64,000 bases of DNA from Octopus vulgaris. Lineage: Eukaryota. The notes beneath the pieces were generated by a model. That model ran no database searches and was not told the origin of the DNA. It saw nothing but the letters and a program-made list of their open reading frames with translations. Both the position numbers and the translations under genes were made by a program. Of this stretch, positions 1-13,029 are shown piece after piece; position 1 is the first letter of the stretch, and every line of letters starts with the position of its first letter. The stretch lies in NCBI GenBank assembly GCA_951406725.2, contig OX597825.1, positions 47,988,001 to 48,052,000 of the forward strand. Direction: 5' to 3'.

Positions 1-2849
1 GTTTTTGATTGCCTGTGCTACCTTTGTGTCATCAGCATAGCTAGTGAGGGATGTTGTTTGTGCTACCAAGGGCATGTCAGAGAGCGCCACCAAAAACAGC
101 AAGGGTCCCAAGACTGTGCCCTGTGGCACCCCGCTTGCTATTGGTGTCTTTCCCGAGAGGGCTCCATTGGCTGCAACCATCTGGCTTCTGTCCTTCAGGA
201 AGTCATGTATCCACTCACCTACTTTTCCTGTTATGCCGAGTCTGAGTAATTTGTGACATATCACTCCGTGGTCGACTTTGTCAAAGGCCTTCGCAAAGTC
301 GAGATATACCACATCCACCTGTGAGCGATCCAGTAGTTGTTTCAGTACCCAGTCGTAGTGTTGTAACAGCTGCGTAAGGCAGCTTCTTCCTGGGCGAAAG
401 CCATGCTGTGTGTCAGTGAGACGGTTAGTTTCTTCGAGGAACGTGATCAGTTTTTTTCTGATGATTCGTTCCATGACCTTACTTATGTGTGACGTCAGGG
501 AGACTGGCCTGTAGTTTTTGGCCTCTGCTCTACTCCCTCCTTTGTGGATAGGGCATATGGTGCCTTCTTTTAGCGCCCTGGGCAGTTTACCGTTAGCCAA
601 GGAACCACTGAAGAGCTTCTTCAGTGGTCCCGCTAGGGCATGCCTGCATGTTTTTAGGAGGACTGCTGGGAATCCATCTGGTCCAGCAGCTGAGTTTATT
701 CTCATTTCTTCTATGGCAGATATTACATCCCTCTCTGTTATGTCTATGTGGTCGATGGTTGTTGTTTGGTTTTGGAGTGTTGTGGCATCAAAGAAAACTT
801 CTGGGTTTGTGATTTGCATGTGCCCCAGAGGGGATGTGAACACACTTTTATACTGTTCCTTTAGTATTTCACTTATCCCTTGGGGGTCCTCAGTTAGAGA
901 GCCCTTTTTATCAAAGAGTGGGCCAATCTTGCAGTGTACCGAGGTGGTTTCTTTCGCAAATTTAAAGAAGGCTTTAGGGTTTGTTTTAATATTCTCTATG
1001 GCCCTGGCTTCTCTCTCTGCCCTCTCCTTCTCATAGGAAAGTTTGAGTGCAGTTTCCGTTTCAAAAAGTTTCAGGTGGAGTCCCTCATTGTTTCTCTGCC
1101 GTGCATTCAGTTGCTTCGAGAGCTTAGCTCTTCGCCTCATAAGTATTTTCCTGTCTCTGGGAATAACGTTCCTATGCCCGCTGGCTTTTTTCTCCGGGAC
1201 AAACTTATGGCATATGTTCTGTATTGTTGTCATGAAATGTTGGAAATGTGTGTTGGTGTCTTGTGTGGTGATGAAGTCACTCCAGTCATGTTTTCGGATC
1301 TCTTCGTTGATCTTCTTCCAGTTTGCCTTATGGAAGTTTAGACTGGATAGGCCTGTGGTATTTTCTAATGGCTGCGTCTCAACTAACTCTCTCATACCAT
1401 ATATCATTACCTCTACTAAGTTGTGATCTGAGAGAATTGTTGGTGTTACCATTATGTTGTGGATGAGCATCGGGTTGCTTGTGAAACAGAGGTCCAAGAC
1501 ATTCTCAATTCTTGTTGGCCAAAGCACTGCTTGCTCCATGAAAAACTTGCGTGTGAGAGCCAACAAGGACTCTGTCTGTCTCTGTTCAAGTGATGTCATT
1601 CCAGGGAGGAGATGGCCATCTGGCCATTTGACTTTCGGAAGGTTAAAATCTCCCAGCAGTAGAATGGTGTTACCCTGGTCCAGTTTGTCCAGGACTTCTT
1701 CTATTCTTCTGAGGCTATCTTTCAAACACTCCTTCATGACTAGGGGTGTCTGGTGGCCGATATGTGACACATATTACTATTTTCGGTTGTTTCATGTGTA
1801 CTATCAGTGTGTCACAGACTGAGTTTGAGTGTGTCAACAGTACTATGGGTGTGACATCTTCACGGACGTACAGGGCAACCCCACCATGAGTTCTTTCCTT
1901 CCTGTCCGACCGAAAAACAGCATACTTCGGTATGTGTATCTCTGCATCTGCTATACTGCTTGACAGGTGCGTTTCAGTCAGCGCTATGCATATTGCATGG
2001 TTGCTTGTGCTCAAGTCCCTAAGGTAAGGAATTTTACCCATATTAGTGGGTTTCACCAGACCTCTGACATTCAGCAGAAGCACTGGTGAGACACCCGGGG
2101 TGTCAATAAAGGCTGACGGTGTGGCACCTGGGCCGGCGTCAGCGGTGGCCACCCTGGGTCCCTTGATTGTGGTGGTCTTGAGTGCTGTTGTGAGTGCCCC
2201 CTGGCTCTGAAGACGATGTATCCAGGCCAGTTGTCCCACTGAATTTTCTCTGCCATTTCCACAAAATTTCCTTTGTTCTGCTGCCGCCGTCTGCATTTCC
2301 TCTGCAAATGTGCGCGCCTTCTCCTTGTTGGGGCATTACGCACTATGTCTGCATATTTCTGAGGCGGCTTGTATTTGTTCTGGTTTTGGTTAAGGCATTT
2401 TGGTCGAGTGGGTTTGATGCAATTTCCATAGGGCCTGGGATGAGCGAACCTGCATCCTTCCCCTGTTTCTCCATGCCAGCAGGTTCCATTCCGGAAGAAT
2501 TTGCATGTTATCTGGGTTTTCTTGTCCCCAGTTCCTCTCTGTTTTTCTTCCTCCGTTGGACGGTTATCCACTGGTTCCTTTCTGCATAGGTCTTTTCATC
2601 CGAATTGGTTATTTTCTGTTTCCCCATCGCCGCCTCATCTGTTGTTTGCCCTGCTTGCCTTCTTCGACTGTGGCAGTGGGCGTGTCATTTTTTGACACTC
2701 TGTGGTTGGTGTTTCCTGTTTCCATCTCTCTCTCTCTCTTTGTCTTTGTCCACCTTGAGGACTTGGCAACAAAGCCCATGTGTGGTGCAATGAGTGTGCA
2801 GGCCCTTTCGACTCTCTCTTTTCTTCCTCTCAATACTTGCGCCAACGTC

Positions 2850-2852
<3 letters not shown>
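1..2852 (-). mobile_element. CR1/L2-group LINE: ORF1 remnant plus APE-RT ORF2; the 3' part runs off the left window edge
   Basis: Minus-strand APE motifs: LLLNVRGL, IALTETHL, HGGVALYV, YRPP, LLGDFNLP. RT motifs: KNYRPVSLTSH, DFAKAFDKVDH, GVPQGTVLGP, YADDTK (~25-40). One frameshift at ~1720-1740. CCCH finger in the upstream ORF 2071-2571. Confidence 0.92.
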
Positions 2853-2919
<67 letters not shown>

Positions 2920-3117
2920 TATATATATATTATATATATTATATATATATTATATATATTATATATATATTACATATATTATATATATTATATATATATT
3001 ATATATTATATATATATATATTATATATATATATATATTATATATATTATATTTATATATATATATATATTATATATATATATATATATATTATATATTA
3101 TATATATATATATATTA

Positions 3118-3211
<94 letters not shown>

Positions 3212-3297
3212 TTATATATATATATATATATATATATTATATTTATATATATATATATATATATATTATATTTATATATATATATATATATTATATT

Positions 3298-3331
<34 letters not shown>

Positions 3332-3367
3332 TATATTTATATATATATATATATATATTATATATAT

Positions 3368-3399
<32 letters not shown>

Positions 3400-3691
3400 T
3401 ATATTTATATATATATATATATTATATATATTATATTTATATATATATATATTATATATATTATATTTATATATATATATATTATATATATTATATTTAT
3501 ATATATATATATATTATATATATTATATTTATATATATATATATATTATATATATTATATTTATATATATATATATATATTATATATATTATATTTATAT
3601 ATATATATATATATTATATATATTATATATATATATATATATTATATATATTATATTTATATATATATATATGTATTATATATATTATATT

Positions 3692-3723
<32 letters not shown>

Positions 3724-3758
3724 TATATTTATATATATATATTATATATATTATATTC

Positions 3759-3789
<31 letters not shown>

Positions 3790-3915
3790 TATATTTATAT
3801 ATATATATATATATTATATATATTATATTTATATATATATATATATATTATATATATTATATTTATATATATATATATTATATATATTATATTTATATAT
3901 ATATTTATATATATA

Positions 3916-3958
<43 letters not shown>

Positions 3959-3984
3959 TATATATATATATATTATATATATTA

Positions 3985-4038
<54 letters not shown>

Positions 4039-4123
4039 TATATATTATATTTATATATATATATTATTATATATATTATATTTATATATATATATATTAT
4101 ATTATATTATTATTTTATATATA

Positions 4124-4170
<47 letters not shown>

Positions 4171-4730
4171 TTTATATATATATATATATATATTATATAT
4201 ATTATATTTATATATATATATATATATATATTATATTTATATATATATATATATATTATATTATATATATATATATTATATATATTATATTTATATATAT
4301 ATATATATTATATTTATATATATATATTATATATATTATATTTATATATATATATTATATATATTATATTTATATATATATATATTATATATTATATTTA
4401 TATATATATATTATATATATTATATTTATATATATATTATATATATTATATTTATATATATATTATATATATTATATTTATATATATATATATTATATAT
4501 ATATATATATATTATATATTATATATATATATATATATATTATATATATTATATTTATATATATATATATATATTATATTTATATATATATTTATATATA
4601 TTATATTTATATATATATATATATTATATATATTATATTTATATATATATATATATTATATATATTATATATATATATATATATATATTATATTTATATA
4701 TATATATTTATATATATATATATATATATA

Positions 4731-4775
<45 letters not shown>

Positions 4776-4910
4776 TTATATTTATATATATATATATATT
4801 ATATATATTATATTTATATATATATATATATATTATATATATTATATTTATATATATATATATATATATTATATATATTATATTTATATATATATATATT
4901 ATATATATTA

Positions 4911-4952
<42 letters not shown>

Positions 4953-5066
4953 TATATTTATATATATATATATTATATATATTATATTTATATATATATA
5001 TATATATATTATATATATTTATATATATATATATATTATATATATTATATTTATATATATATATTA

Positions 5067-5119
<53 letters not shown>
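2853..5119. repeat. ~2.3 kb (TA)n-based satellite with a recurring ~30 bp higher-order unit and an internal poly-A run
   Basis: Almost only A/T; recurring ATTATATATATTATATTTAT(AT)n; A-run at ~4740-4771. Confidence 0.95.
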
Positions 5120-5122
<3 letters not shown>

Positions 5123-5487
5123 GGCAGTTTGTCTGTGCGTGTTTCTCTGTGTCTGTTTGCTTGTACCCTCACCCTGACCACGGCTTTCAACCGATTCTGA
5201 TGAAACTTGACTTATACATACATAGCCCAATGTCATAATATCAAAACTAACGCAGCGAAAATTTTGAAAAGTTCCCCCAGTTCTGAAAAAATCGATAAAT
5301 TCGACATCGGGTCGAGAATCAGGAACACAAACCACAAACTGTGTGGGGGACGCAACTCCACCTTTTTAACTATCAAAAAAATTTACCATCATTTTTAAAC
5401 CATTTTTTGGCTATAACTCTCTAAAAATGCTTTATAGTTATTTCCCGATTACAAACCTGAGCACACATAGCCGGGCGATACTGCTAG
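5108..5487 (+). mobile_element. Non-autonomous Helitron-like element
   Basis: Ends in GCCGGGCGATACTGCTAG|T, the same 3' end as the elements at 62483-63368. The 5' end is buried in the TA run. Confidence 0.65.
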
Positions 5488-5498
5488 TATATATATAA

Positions 5499-5565
5499 AT
5501 GGCAGTGCCCCAGCATGGCCACAGCTCGTGAGCTGAAACTAGATAAAAAAAAAATAAATAAAAAA
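5499..5565 (+). mobile_element. Orphan 3' tail of a CR1-group LINE (extreme 5' truncation)
   Basis: GGCAGTGCCCCAGCATGGCCACAGCTCGTGAGCTGAAACTAGA plus an A-rich tail; matches the LINE 3' end at 24746-24792 (minus strand). Confidence 0.7.
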
Positions 5566-5606
5566 TATATATATATAAACTCGTGTGTGTGTCTGTGTGT
5601 GTGTGT

Positions 5607-7251
5607 GTCCTCCAGGCAATAATGGAGGAATTCAAGACAGGAATTCAAGACCGTCCCTGGGAACTCCTCTATGCTGACGATCTTGCTCTAACCACTGAGT
5701 CACTATCAGAACTAGAGAAGTTTCAAGTGTGGAAACAAGCATTAGAATTGAAGGGTCTTAGAATCAACCTAGCTAAAACCAAAGTCCTAATAAGTAGGAA
5801 GGTAGGCAAACCACAAATCCCTTCAGGTAGATGGCCCTGCTCGATCTGTAGTAGAGGTGTAGGTAGAAACTCTATAAGATGTACCCTGTGTAAGCTATGG
5901 ACACATAAGAGGTGCAGTAATGTCAAAGGAAGGCTAACTGGGAAGATAGTTTTTGTATGTGGCAGATGCTCAGGAGCGATAAACACTGAAAATGCGCAGA
6001 GACCAACTTCCGCCACATTCCAGGGAGAAAAACTAGAAGTAGTTGATAGCCTCCGTTATCTAGGTGACCAAGTCAGTAAGCGGGGGAGGGTGCACTGAAA
6101 GTGTAGCTACTAGAATAAAAATAGCTTGGGCAAAGTTCAGAGAGCTCTTACCTCTGCTGGTGAGAAAGGGTCTCTCGCTCAGAGTAAGGTAGACTGTATG
6201 ATACATGTGTACAAACAGCCATGCTACACGGCAGTGAAACATGGGCTGTGACTGCAGAGGACATGCATAAGCTCGCAAGGAATGAAGCCAGTATGATCCA
6301 ATGGATGTGTAATGTCAGTGTGCATACTCGACAGAGTGTGAGTACCTTGAGAGAAAAGTTAGACCTAAGAAGCATTAGATGTGGTGTGCAAGAGAGACAA
6401 CTGCACTGGTATGGTCATGTGGCAAGAATGGATGAGGATAGCTGTGTGAAAAAGTGCCACACCCTAGCGGTTGAGGGAACCTGTAGAAAAGGTAGACCCA
6501 GGAAGACCTGGGATGAAGTGGTGAAGCACGACCTTCGAACATTAGGCCTCACCAAGGAAATGAAATGAAATGAAATGACTAGCGACTGAAACTTTTGGAA
6601 ATATGCTGTGCTCGAGAAGACCCAGCAAGCCAAATGAGACCATAACCCATGGCCTATGCAAGGAGCATAACCAGCCCGCTTATGCATACCTTTTCCTTCT
6701 TTGGTCACTAAACTCTGCTTGCGAAGACCTGTTGAGGCAAGTGAAATCAAAATCAAATCAAAATCACTTCGATGACTGGCATCCGTGCTAGCGGGGTGCA
6801 AAGAGCACCACACGAGTGTGATCGTTGATAGAGCGGCTATTCGTGTATGATCGTTACCAGCATCACCTTACTGGCACTTATGCCTGTGCTAGTAGGGTGC
6901 CAAGAGCACCATCGGAGCATAATCGTTGCCAGAGCAGCCAACTGGCTTCCGTACTCGTAGCACGTAAAAGGGCACCATTCGAGCGTGATCATTACAAACG
7001 TCGCTTCACTGGCATGTGTAAAAAGATTTGAGCGAGGTCATTGCCAGTACTGCCTGACTGGCCCCCGTGCCGGTGGCACGTAAAAAGCACCCACTACACT
7101 CTCAGAGTGGTTGGCGTTAGGAAGGGCATCCAGCTGTAGAAACTCTGCCAGATCAAGATTGGAGCCTGGTGCAGCCATCTGGTTTGCCAGCCCTCAATCA
7201 AAATCGTCCAACCCATGCTAGCATGGAAAGTAGACGTTAAACAATGATGAT
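5607..7251 (+). mobile_element. 5'-truncated RTE-clade LINE (PHD-in-RT family) with 3' UTR and (GAT)n tail
   Basis: ELLYADDLAL, PHD-like cysteines, LRYLG and WYGHVARM...GRPRKTW. Highly similar to 52159-53160 (minus). Frameshifted. Confidence 0.93.
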
Positions 7252-7294
7252 ATGTGTGTATATATGTATATGTATATGTATATATATGTGTATA

Positions 7295-8291
7295 TCATCA
7301 TCATCGTTTAACATCTGTTTTCCATGCTGGTATGGGTTGGACAGTTTGACTGAGGTCTGGAGAGCCAGCAACTGCACTAGACTCCAATCTGATCTGTTAA
7401 TGTTTCTACAGCTTGATGCCTTCCTAATGCCAACCACTCTGAGAGTGTAGTGGGTGCTTTTTGCATGCCACTGGCATGGAAGCCAGTCAGGTGTGCCTAG
7501 CATTGATCATGTTCAGGTGGTGCTTTTTACATGCCACCAGCACAAGAGCCAGCCAGTCAGGAGGTACTGGCACCAGCCACGATCTGTTGGCACTTTTTAT
7601 GTTCCACTAGCCCTAGAGCCAGTCAGGCAGACCTGGCACAGACCATGTTTAGATGGTGCTTTTTATGTGCCACTGGCATGGGAGCCAGTCAGGGGGCACT
7701 GGCTACAGCTATGATATTGGTTTCACTTGACAGGTCTTCTCAAGCATATCATATCGCCCGACGCATGAGTTGGGCGATATTCTTAACAGAGCCAGACTCA
7801 AGTGGCTGGTGTCTCACTTTAGTTGCTAGGTCTTCTCAATCACAGCATATCTCCAAATGTTCCATTCTCCCGTCATTGCCTCTGTGAGGCCCAATATTCG
7901 AAGGTCATGTGTCACCACCTCATCCCATGTCTTCCTGCTCTACCTCTTCCACAGGTTCCTTCTACAGTTAGGGAGTGTCATTTCCTCATACAGCTGTCTT
8001 CATTCATATATAACACATGACCATACTAGCGCAGACACCTCTTTTGATGCTTCTTATGCCCAACTTTTCTCTCAGGACATTTAAACTCTGTCGTGCATGC
8101 ACACTGACATTACACATCCAGCAGATCATACTAGCTTCATTTCTTTCAAGCCTATGCATGTCCTCAGCATTCCTGACCCATGTTTCACTGCTGTGTAGCA
8201 TGGCAGTTTGCATACATGCATCATTCAGTCTACCTTTCACCCTGAGCAAGAGGCCCTTAGTTGCCAGCAGAGGTAGGAGCTCCCTGAACTC
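7295..8291 (-). mobile_element. Truncated RTE LINE 3' end of the same family, tail-to-tail with 5607-7251
   Basis: ORF 8004-8249 (LHSSETW...WMCNVSV), the family 3' UTR and a (GAT)n tail. Confidence 0.85.
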
Positions 8292-8293
8292 CT

Positions 8294-8332
<39 letters not shown>

Positions 8333-8370
8333 TATGTGTGTGCAGATATATGTATGTATATATATATATA

Positions 8371-8610
8371 TGGTGGTTGTCTATTCCTTATGTAGAGTTT
8401 TACCACCCCTTGTACCTACACCATATCACCATCAAGCATCTGATGTGGGTTTTTTTTAAACCATTCAATGTTCTGAACAGACACCTACATAGATTGCACC
8501 TCCGATTTGGACCACCAAGAGCTGCAGATAAGTTCTGCTCTTTGTGGATCTTAAAATGTCTTTTGAGGCCTCCATGGATTTGCAAACCTTCTGGCCTATG
8601 CATGTCATAA
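8371..8610 (-). mobile_element. LINE C-terminal C2H2 zinc-finger remnant
   Basis: GGLKRHFKIH...CNLCRCLFRTLNGLKKTH in ORF 8400-8660, flanked by TA repeats. Confidence 0.5.
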
Positions 8611-8713
8611 TATAGGTATATAATGCAGTATTCACTGCATTCAAAGGTGTGCACAGACATATAGGCAGAATAGTTGGTGGAGGTTCATTTTGCATGCATT
8701 TGCAGATGAGGTT

Positions 8714-8744
<31 letters not shown>

Positions 8745-9330
8745 GAAATACAAAATGGGACAAGAACGCAAAACATCCGGACAACTAGAGACAACAAAAC
8801 ATCTAGATAGTCGATGCAAATAAACAAGGACAGGTCATTCGAAGCTTTCTATCCTCAGTCAAGAACCAGATCATCCTTGCAATTTCAGCTGATTAATCTG
8901 GCCAGCCCCAAGGAAAAACTAAGCTACACAGGCAAGAATATCGATGTTGCTTGGACTTCTGTCAGACCCCAAAAGGGAGCTATATATTACACGTTCACGT
9001 GGTCGCACCAGTTTTATCCTGTCTCCACCTCATAACACTTACACTTCAGCCGCATCCCTCCTACCCATGGATTACATTGGACTCTTCCGTTGATGATAAA
9101 TCGCTCCAATACACCACAACATTTGAGCCTTTTGAACTTTTCTAAACTTTATCGTACTTTTTTATTTTCTCTCCCTGTTTATTTCTGTGCTCCTTTCTGT
9201 CGAAGAGTGTAGGCTCGAAATTTAAAAGACTTTCTCGCTTCCCAAATGTTAAACTAATTCATTTGTTTGTTTTTCACACACCTATCTTTGTCTTTTGATT
9301 TGTTTGTTTTTTTTGTAAATTCTCATTATA
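8745..9330. repeat. Interspersed repeat remnant, probably Penelope-associated, with a degenerate hammerhead motif at 9193-9228
   Basis: cttt-CTGTCGA-AGAGT-GTAG-GCTC-GAAA-TTTA-aaag resembles the motif at 54806-54840; bounded by TA repeats. Confidence 0.45.
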
Positions 9331-9639
9331 TATACCTACATATATTCAGATGTTTTTAGGTGGGGGTTGTTTAGAAGAGAACATTGTTTTTGTATTTTGG
9401 GGGTTAGGTTCCATGACAATGGAGATGGATAAATAGAAATATAGGAAGGTAGATAGGCTGATAGATAGAACTGCCAAAGGTTTATTCAAATATAGCCTGG
9501 TGTATATGTATAAGTGTGCAATTTATAGGAAATATCCAGGGGAATAATTACAAGGTAGCTAAATGTTGCTTAAGTGTACTAGGAAACAATGGTCACACTT
9601 GTGTATAGTTTGATTCCAGGATAAGTAAGTCGCATTTAG

Positions 9640-11150
9640 GACTTTCTTTTGAGGAAGGCAAAGGCAGAGTATCAGTTCAGAAATAGTAATGGCAAAATTA
9701 ACCATTTGCTCTACATGGATGATCTGCAGCTTTTTAGTAAGAATGAAAAAGAGATAAATCCCTTAATACTGACTGTAAGACTCTTCAACAAAGATATAGG
9801 CATGGAGAAGGAGGCAGGTAGTCAACAGTGAAGGCATCCAATTACCAGATGGCCAAACATTAAAATCATTGAAAGGAAGAGAGAGCTATAAGTATCTAGG
9901 AGTATTAGAATCTGACAGAGTACTAACTACAGAAATGAAAGCAAAAATCAAGAGGGAGTACATCAGAAGGGTGGGGAAGCTAATGAAGTCAAAGCTAAAT
10001 GGTTCAAATCTAATGAGGCTGTAAATACTTGGGGAGTATCATAACTTAGATACTCAGTAGCTTTTGTAGACTGGACAAAAACTGAATTAGCAAAGCTAGA
10101 CAGAACTAGGAAGGAATTCAATATGAATGAAGGACTCTACCCAAGGGCAGTAGTAACAAGATTATACCTACCTAGAAAGGAAGATGGAAGAGGATTAATG
10201 TCAGTAAAAGACTGCATGGAGTTAGAGTAGATATAGACTCTTATGTAGGTAATAGAGAAGAAAGTTTATTAAAAGCTGCTAGAGTCACAGCAAGATGTAA
10301 GGGAACCAAAACACCAGATGAACTTAAAAACCAGAAGAAAAAAACAGAAATTATCTGACTAGCAGGAGAAGGCATTGCATGGTAGATTCCCAAAGATAAT
10401 TTCAGCAAATTGTAGACATGCAGAAAGAAAAGCTGAAGAGGGAGACAGAATGTTTGTTAGTAGCTGCATAAGATCAAGCATTAAGCACTAATTGGATAAA
10501 CGCCAAGATAGACAAAAACTGAGTAGATTCCCAATGTAAATTATGCAAATCAAAAGAGGAAAGCATTACTCATATAGTAAGTAAATGTAACATGCTGGCA
10601 CAAAAAGAATACAAGAAAAGACATGACAATCTAGGGACAGCAATCCACTGGGAGCTATGTAGAAAGCTAGGATTTGAACATACTGATAAATGGTAAGAAA
10701 TACAAGATGTTGTGTGACTTTAACACTCAGACTGGCAGAAGCTAGAAGGCCTGATTTGGTGGTAGATAAAGAGAATAGAAAGTGCCAGATAATTGATTTT
10801 ACAGTCCCAAATGATGCAAAATTAATATGAGAAGTATAGAAAAAATAGCAAAGTACCACAACCTAGCTATTGAATTACAGAGACTATGGAATGTGTGGGT
10901 AGTTATAGGTGCATTGGGAACTATCCTTAAAGATTTGAACAGATGGATAGAGGAAATAGGCATAAAACCCAGTTTAGTATAGCTGCAGAAAACAATGTTA
11001 TTAGGGACAGCTAGGATACTTAGGAGGGTTCTTGGCATCTAGGGTTACTTGTATCCCAATAGGAGGGGTTTTGCATCTTGGGCAACTTGTTGTAGTCCGG
11101 TGTTAGGATTCGTTTCTTTTCCAACAGTCTAATCTGTTGAATGTATATGA
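9640..11150 (+). mobile_element. R4/Dong-like RLE non-LTR retrotransposon, degraded 3' part
   Basis: INHLLYMDDLQLF (RT); CKLC...E...H..C knuckle at ~10535-10585; RRPDLVV...IIDF (RLE); ends in (TAA)n. Confidence 0.85.
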
Positions 11151-11160
11151 ATAATAATAA

Positions 11161-11395
11161 TGCCCTGATGCACTGGCTCTCATGGCTTCTGATCTAAACT
11201 GATTGGAAGTGTTATCATGTACATGTTTTGTCTTGGTATAAAAGATGGGCTACAGCAAATATTCTGCTCAATACCACAGATTTGCTTGTCAGTTACTTGA
11301 CCTCAACCACTTGCCCAAGGTGCCACGCAGTGGGACTGAACCCGGAAACATGTGGTTCATAAGCAAGCTACTTACCACACAGCCACTCCTACGCC
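11161..11395. mobile_element. Truncated copy of the TAA-flanked repeat (compare 43718-44268) fused to a minus-strand tRNA-SINE head
   Basis: 11161-11310 matches 43718-43880; 11310-11395 matches the SINE head at 24530-24615. Confidence 0.75.
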
Positions 11396-11691
11396 GTATG
11401 TGAATAATAATAATATTAATTGTTACTTATTTATAATAAGGCAGAAGCCTGTAAATAATAAAGGTATTTGGATGGTATTTGATTGATCCCATGAGCTTAC
11501 AAAAATAGAAATTAACTTTGTTAGTATTTAAACATTGAAACTAAAATTTGAAAGTAAATTCCACCAGATCTTTAATTCACGTAAGAATCTTTCATGGTAC
11601 CACACTGTCTTGATGTTTAATGACTGTTCAAAGTCTTGTAGTGAAGCATTTCAAAACTAAATCCCAATTTTCTAACATCTGTGCCAAAATA

Positions 11692-11885
11692 TTGGTTTCA
11701 AATTTTGGCACAAGCCCAGCAATTCCGGTGAGTGGGTGAGGTGATTACATTGCCCCCAGTGTTCAACTGGTACTTATTTTATTGACTCCAAAAGGATGAA
11801 AGGTAAAGTCAACCTTGGTGGAATTTGAACTCAAAACTTAAAGACAAACAAAATACTGCTAAGCCTTTTTTCCTGGCATTACTGC
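11692..11885 (-). mobile_element. SINE family B (tRNA-like head, conserved central domain)
   Basis: The reverse complement matches 55303-55515 and 56332-56548 (GAGTTCAAATT...GACTTTACCTTTCATCCTTT). Confidence 0.7.
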
Positions 11886-13029
11886 CCTACATCTGTGCCA
11901 AAGTATTGACGATTCTTTAAACTAGTGTGTGTTTTTTCACAGTTTTCAGCCAAAATTTTTTCAAGAGGAAACTTGTATCTTTTCTTCTTTCTCTCTTTCT
12001 TCCTCACTTTCTTTCATTTTTTCTCTTTCTTTCCTTTAATTTTTTCGAAGTAGTTTTCCTTATCCTATTTTATTCTTTTTTTCAACAAAATAAAGACATT
12101 TATCACTTGTTATTTTAAACTAATCTGTCTGCTCTACATCTAATTATTCACCTTTATTATCTATTTTTCACCTGTTCTTAACAACCTGGTGTAAATCAAA
12201 ATCAGTTTAAAGAAATCATTTCACCTCAGGCTATTAATGAATCATGTAAGAAAGATTTGATGAAAATCTTTCCTTTATTAATAACTGCCACTTTCTGTCT
12301 TGTTATTGTAGAGAATTACTCTTTATTCACTTCTTTATACAATTTTACTAAAACATATTTGAAACCAACTGAAAAGAAATGTAAAATTATGTTTGAAATT
12401 TAGTCTAATTATGGCAAACTGCAGATATTTAACATCTCTAAATAGAGAGACAAAGATAGCTCTTATTTTCTCTTAATTATTTCAGTATCATCTTAAAACA
12501 ACAGTGAATTAACTGCTGGATGTGATTACATTATCGTCAATGTCATCATTATCTTCATCCTCGTCATTGTAATTGCCATTATCATCATTAATTTGATGCC
12601 TCCTTTTCAACACTGGCATATGTTGAGGAAGATCTTTTTGAGGCATATTTTACAGCCAGATGTTCTTCCTGATGCTCTAAATCTCTAGTTTCCCTATGAC
12701 ACACATGAATACAGTGTACTTTGTGTAAAAACATCCATCCCTATGTGGACATCTAGGCTACATATGTTCAGTAAGTAGTGTAATAATTTACTTCGACACC
12801 TATCAACATGTGAAAATCTTCTAATTGCAAAGTATCGAATTGTTATTTGAGTTCCGAGTATTTTGCAGGTAGTTTATTTTAGTGACCTCAGTGTAATAAC
12901 AAACTCATTGTGGTAAATGACAGAATTTGAACACAAGACGACTGAAATAACAGTAATTCCGGCCAGCCATCTTTTCTGCCATTCTGGTTTATGGAATGTT
13001 TTGAATATGACGGGAAATATCTAGTTGTT

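Noticed and set aside
44-2589. Multiple + strand ORFs (for example 518-1036) and similar ORFs at 52088-54566
   Set aside because: Antisense shadows of LINE ORF2.
2505-5190. Long ORFs of 871, 653 and 414 aa rich in I and Y
   Set aside because: Artefacts of translating (TA)n satellite, which lacks stop codons in those frames.
6780-7080. Repeat-spacer-like pattern resembling a CRISPR array
   Set aside because: Eukaryotic context, degenerate repeats inside a LINE 3' UTR, and no cas genes.
11568-11660. SWYHTVLMFNDCSKSCSE, resembling the start of a TSP1 repeat and so a possible upstream exon
   Set aside because: Wrong W-to-C spacing, no Gly after the second Cys, no convincing donor, and an in-frame stop follows.
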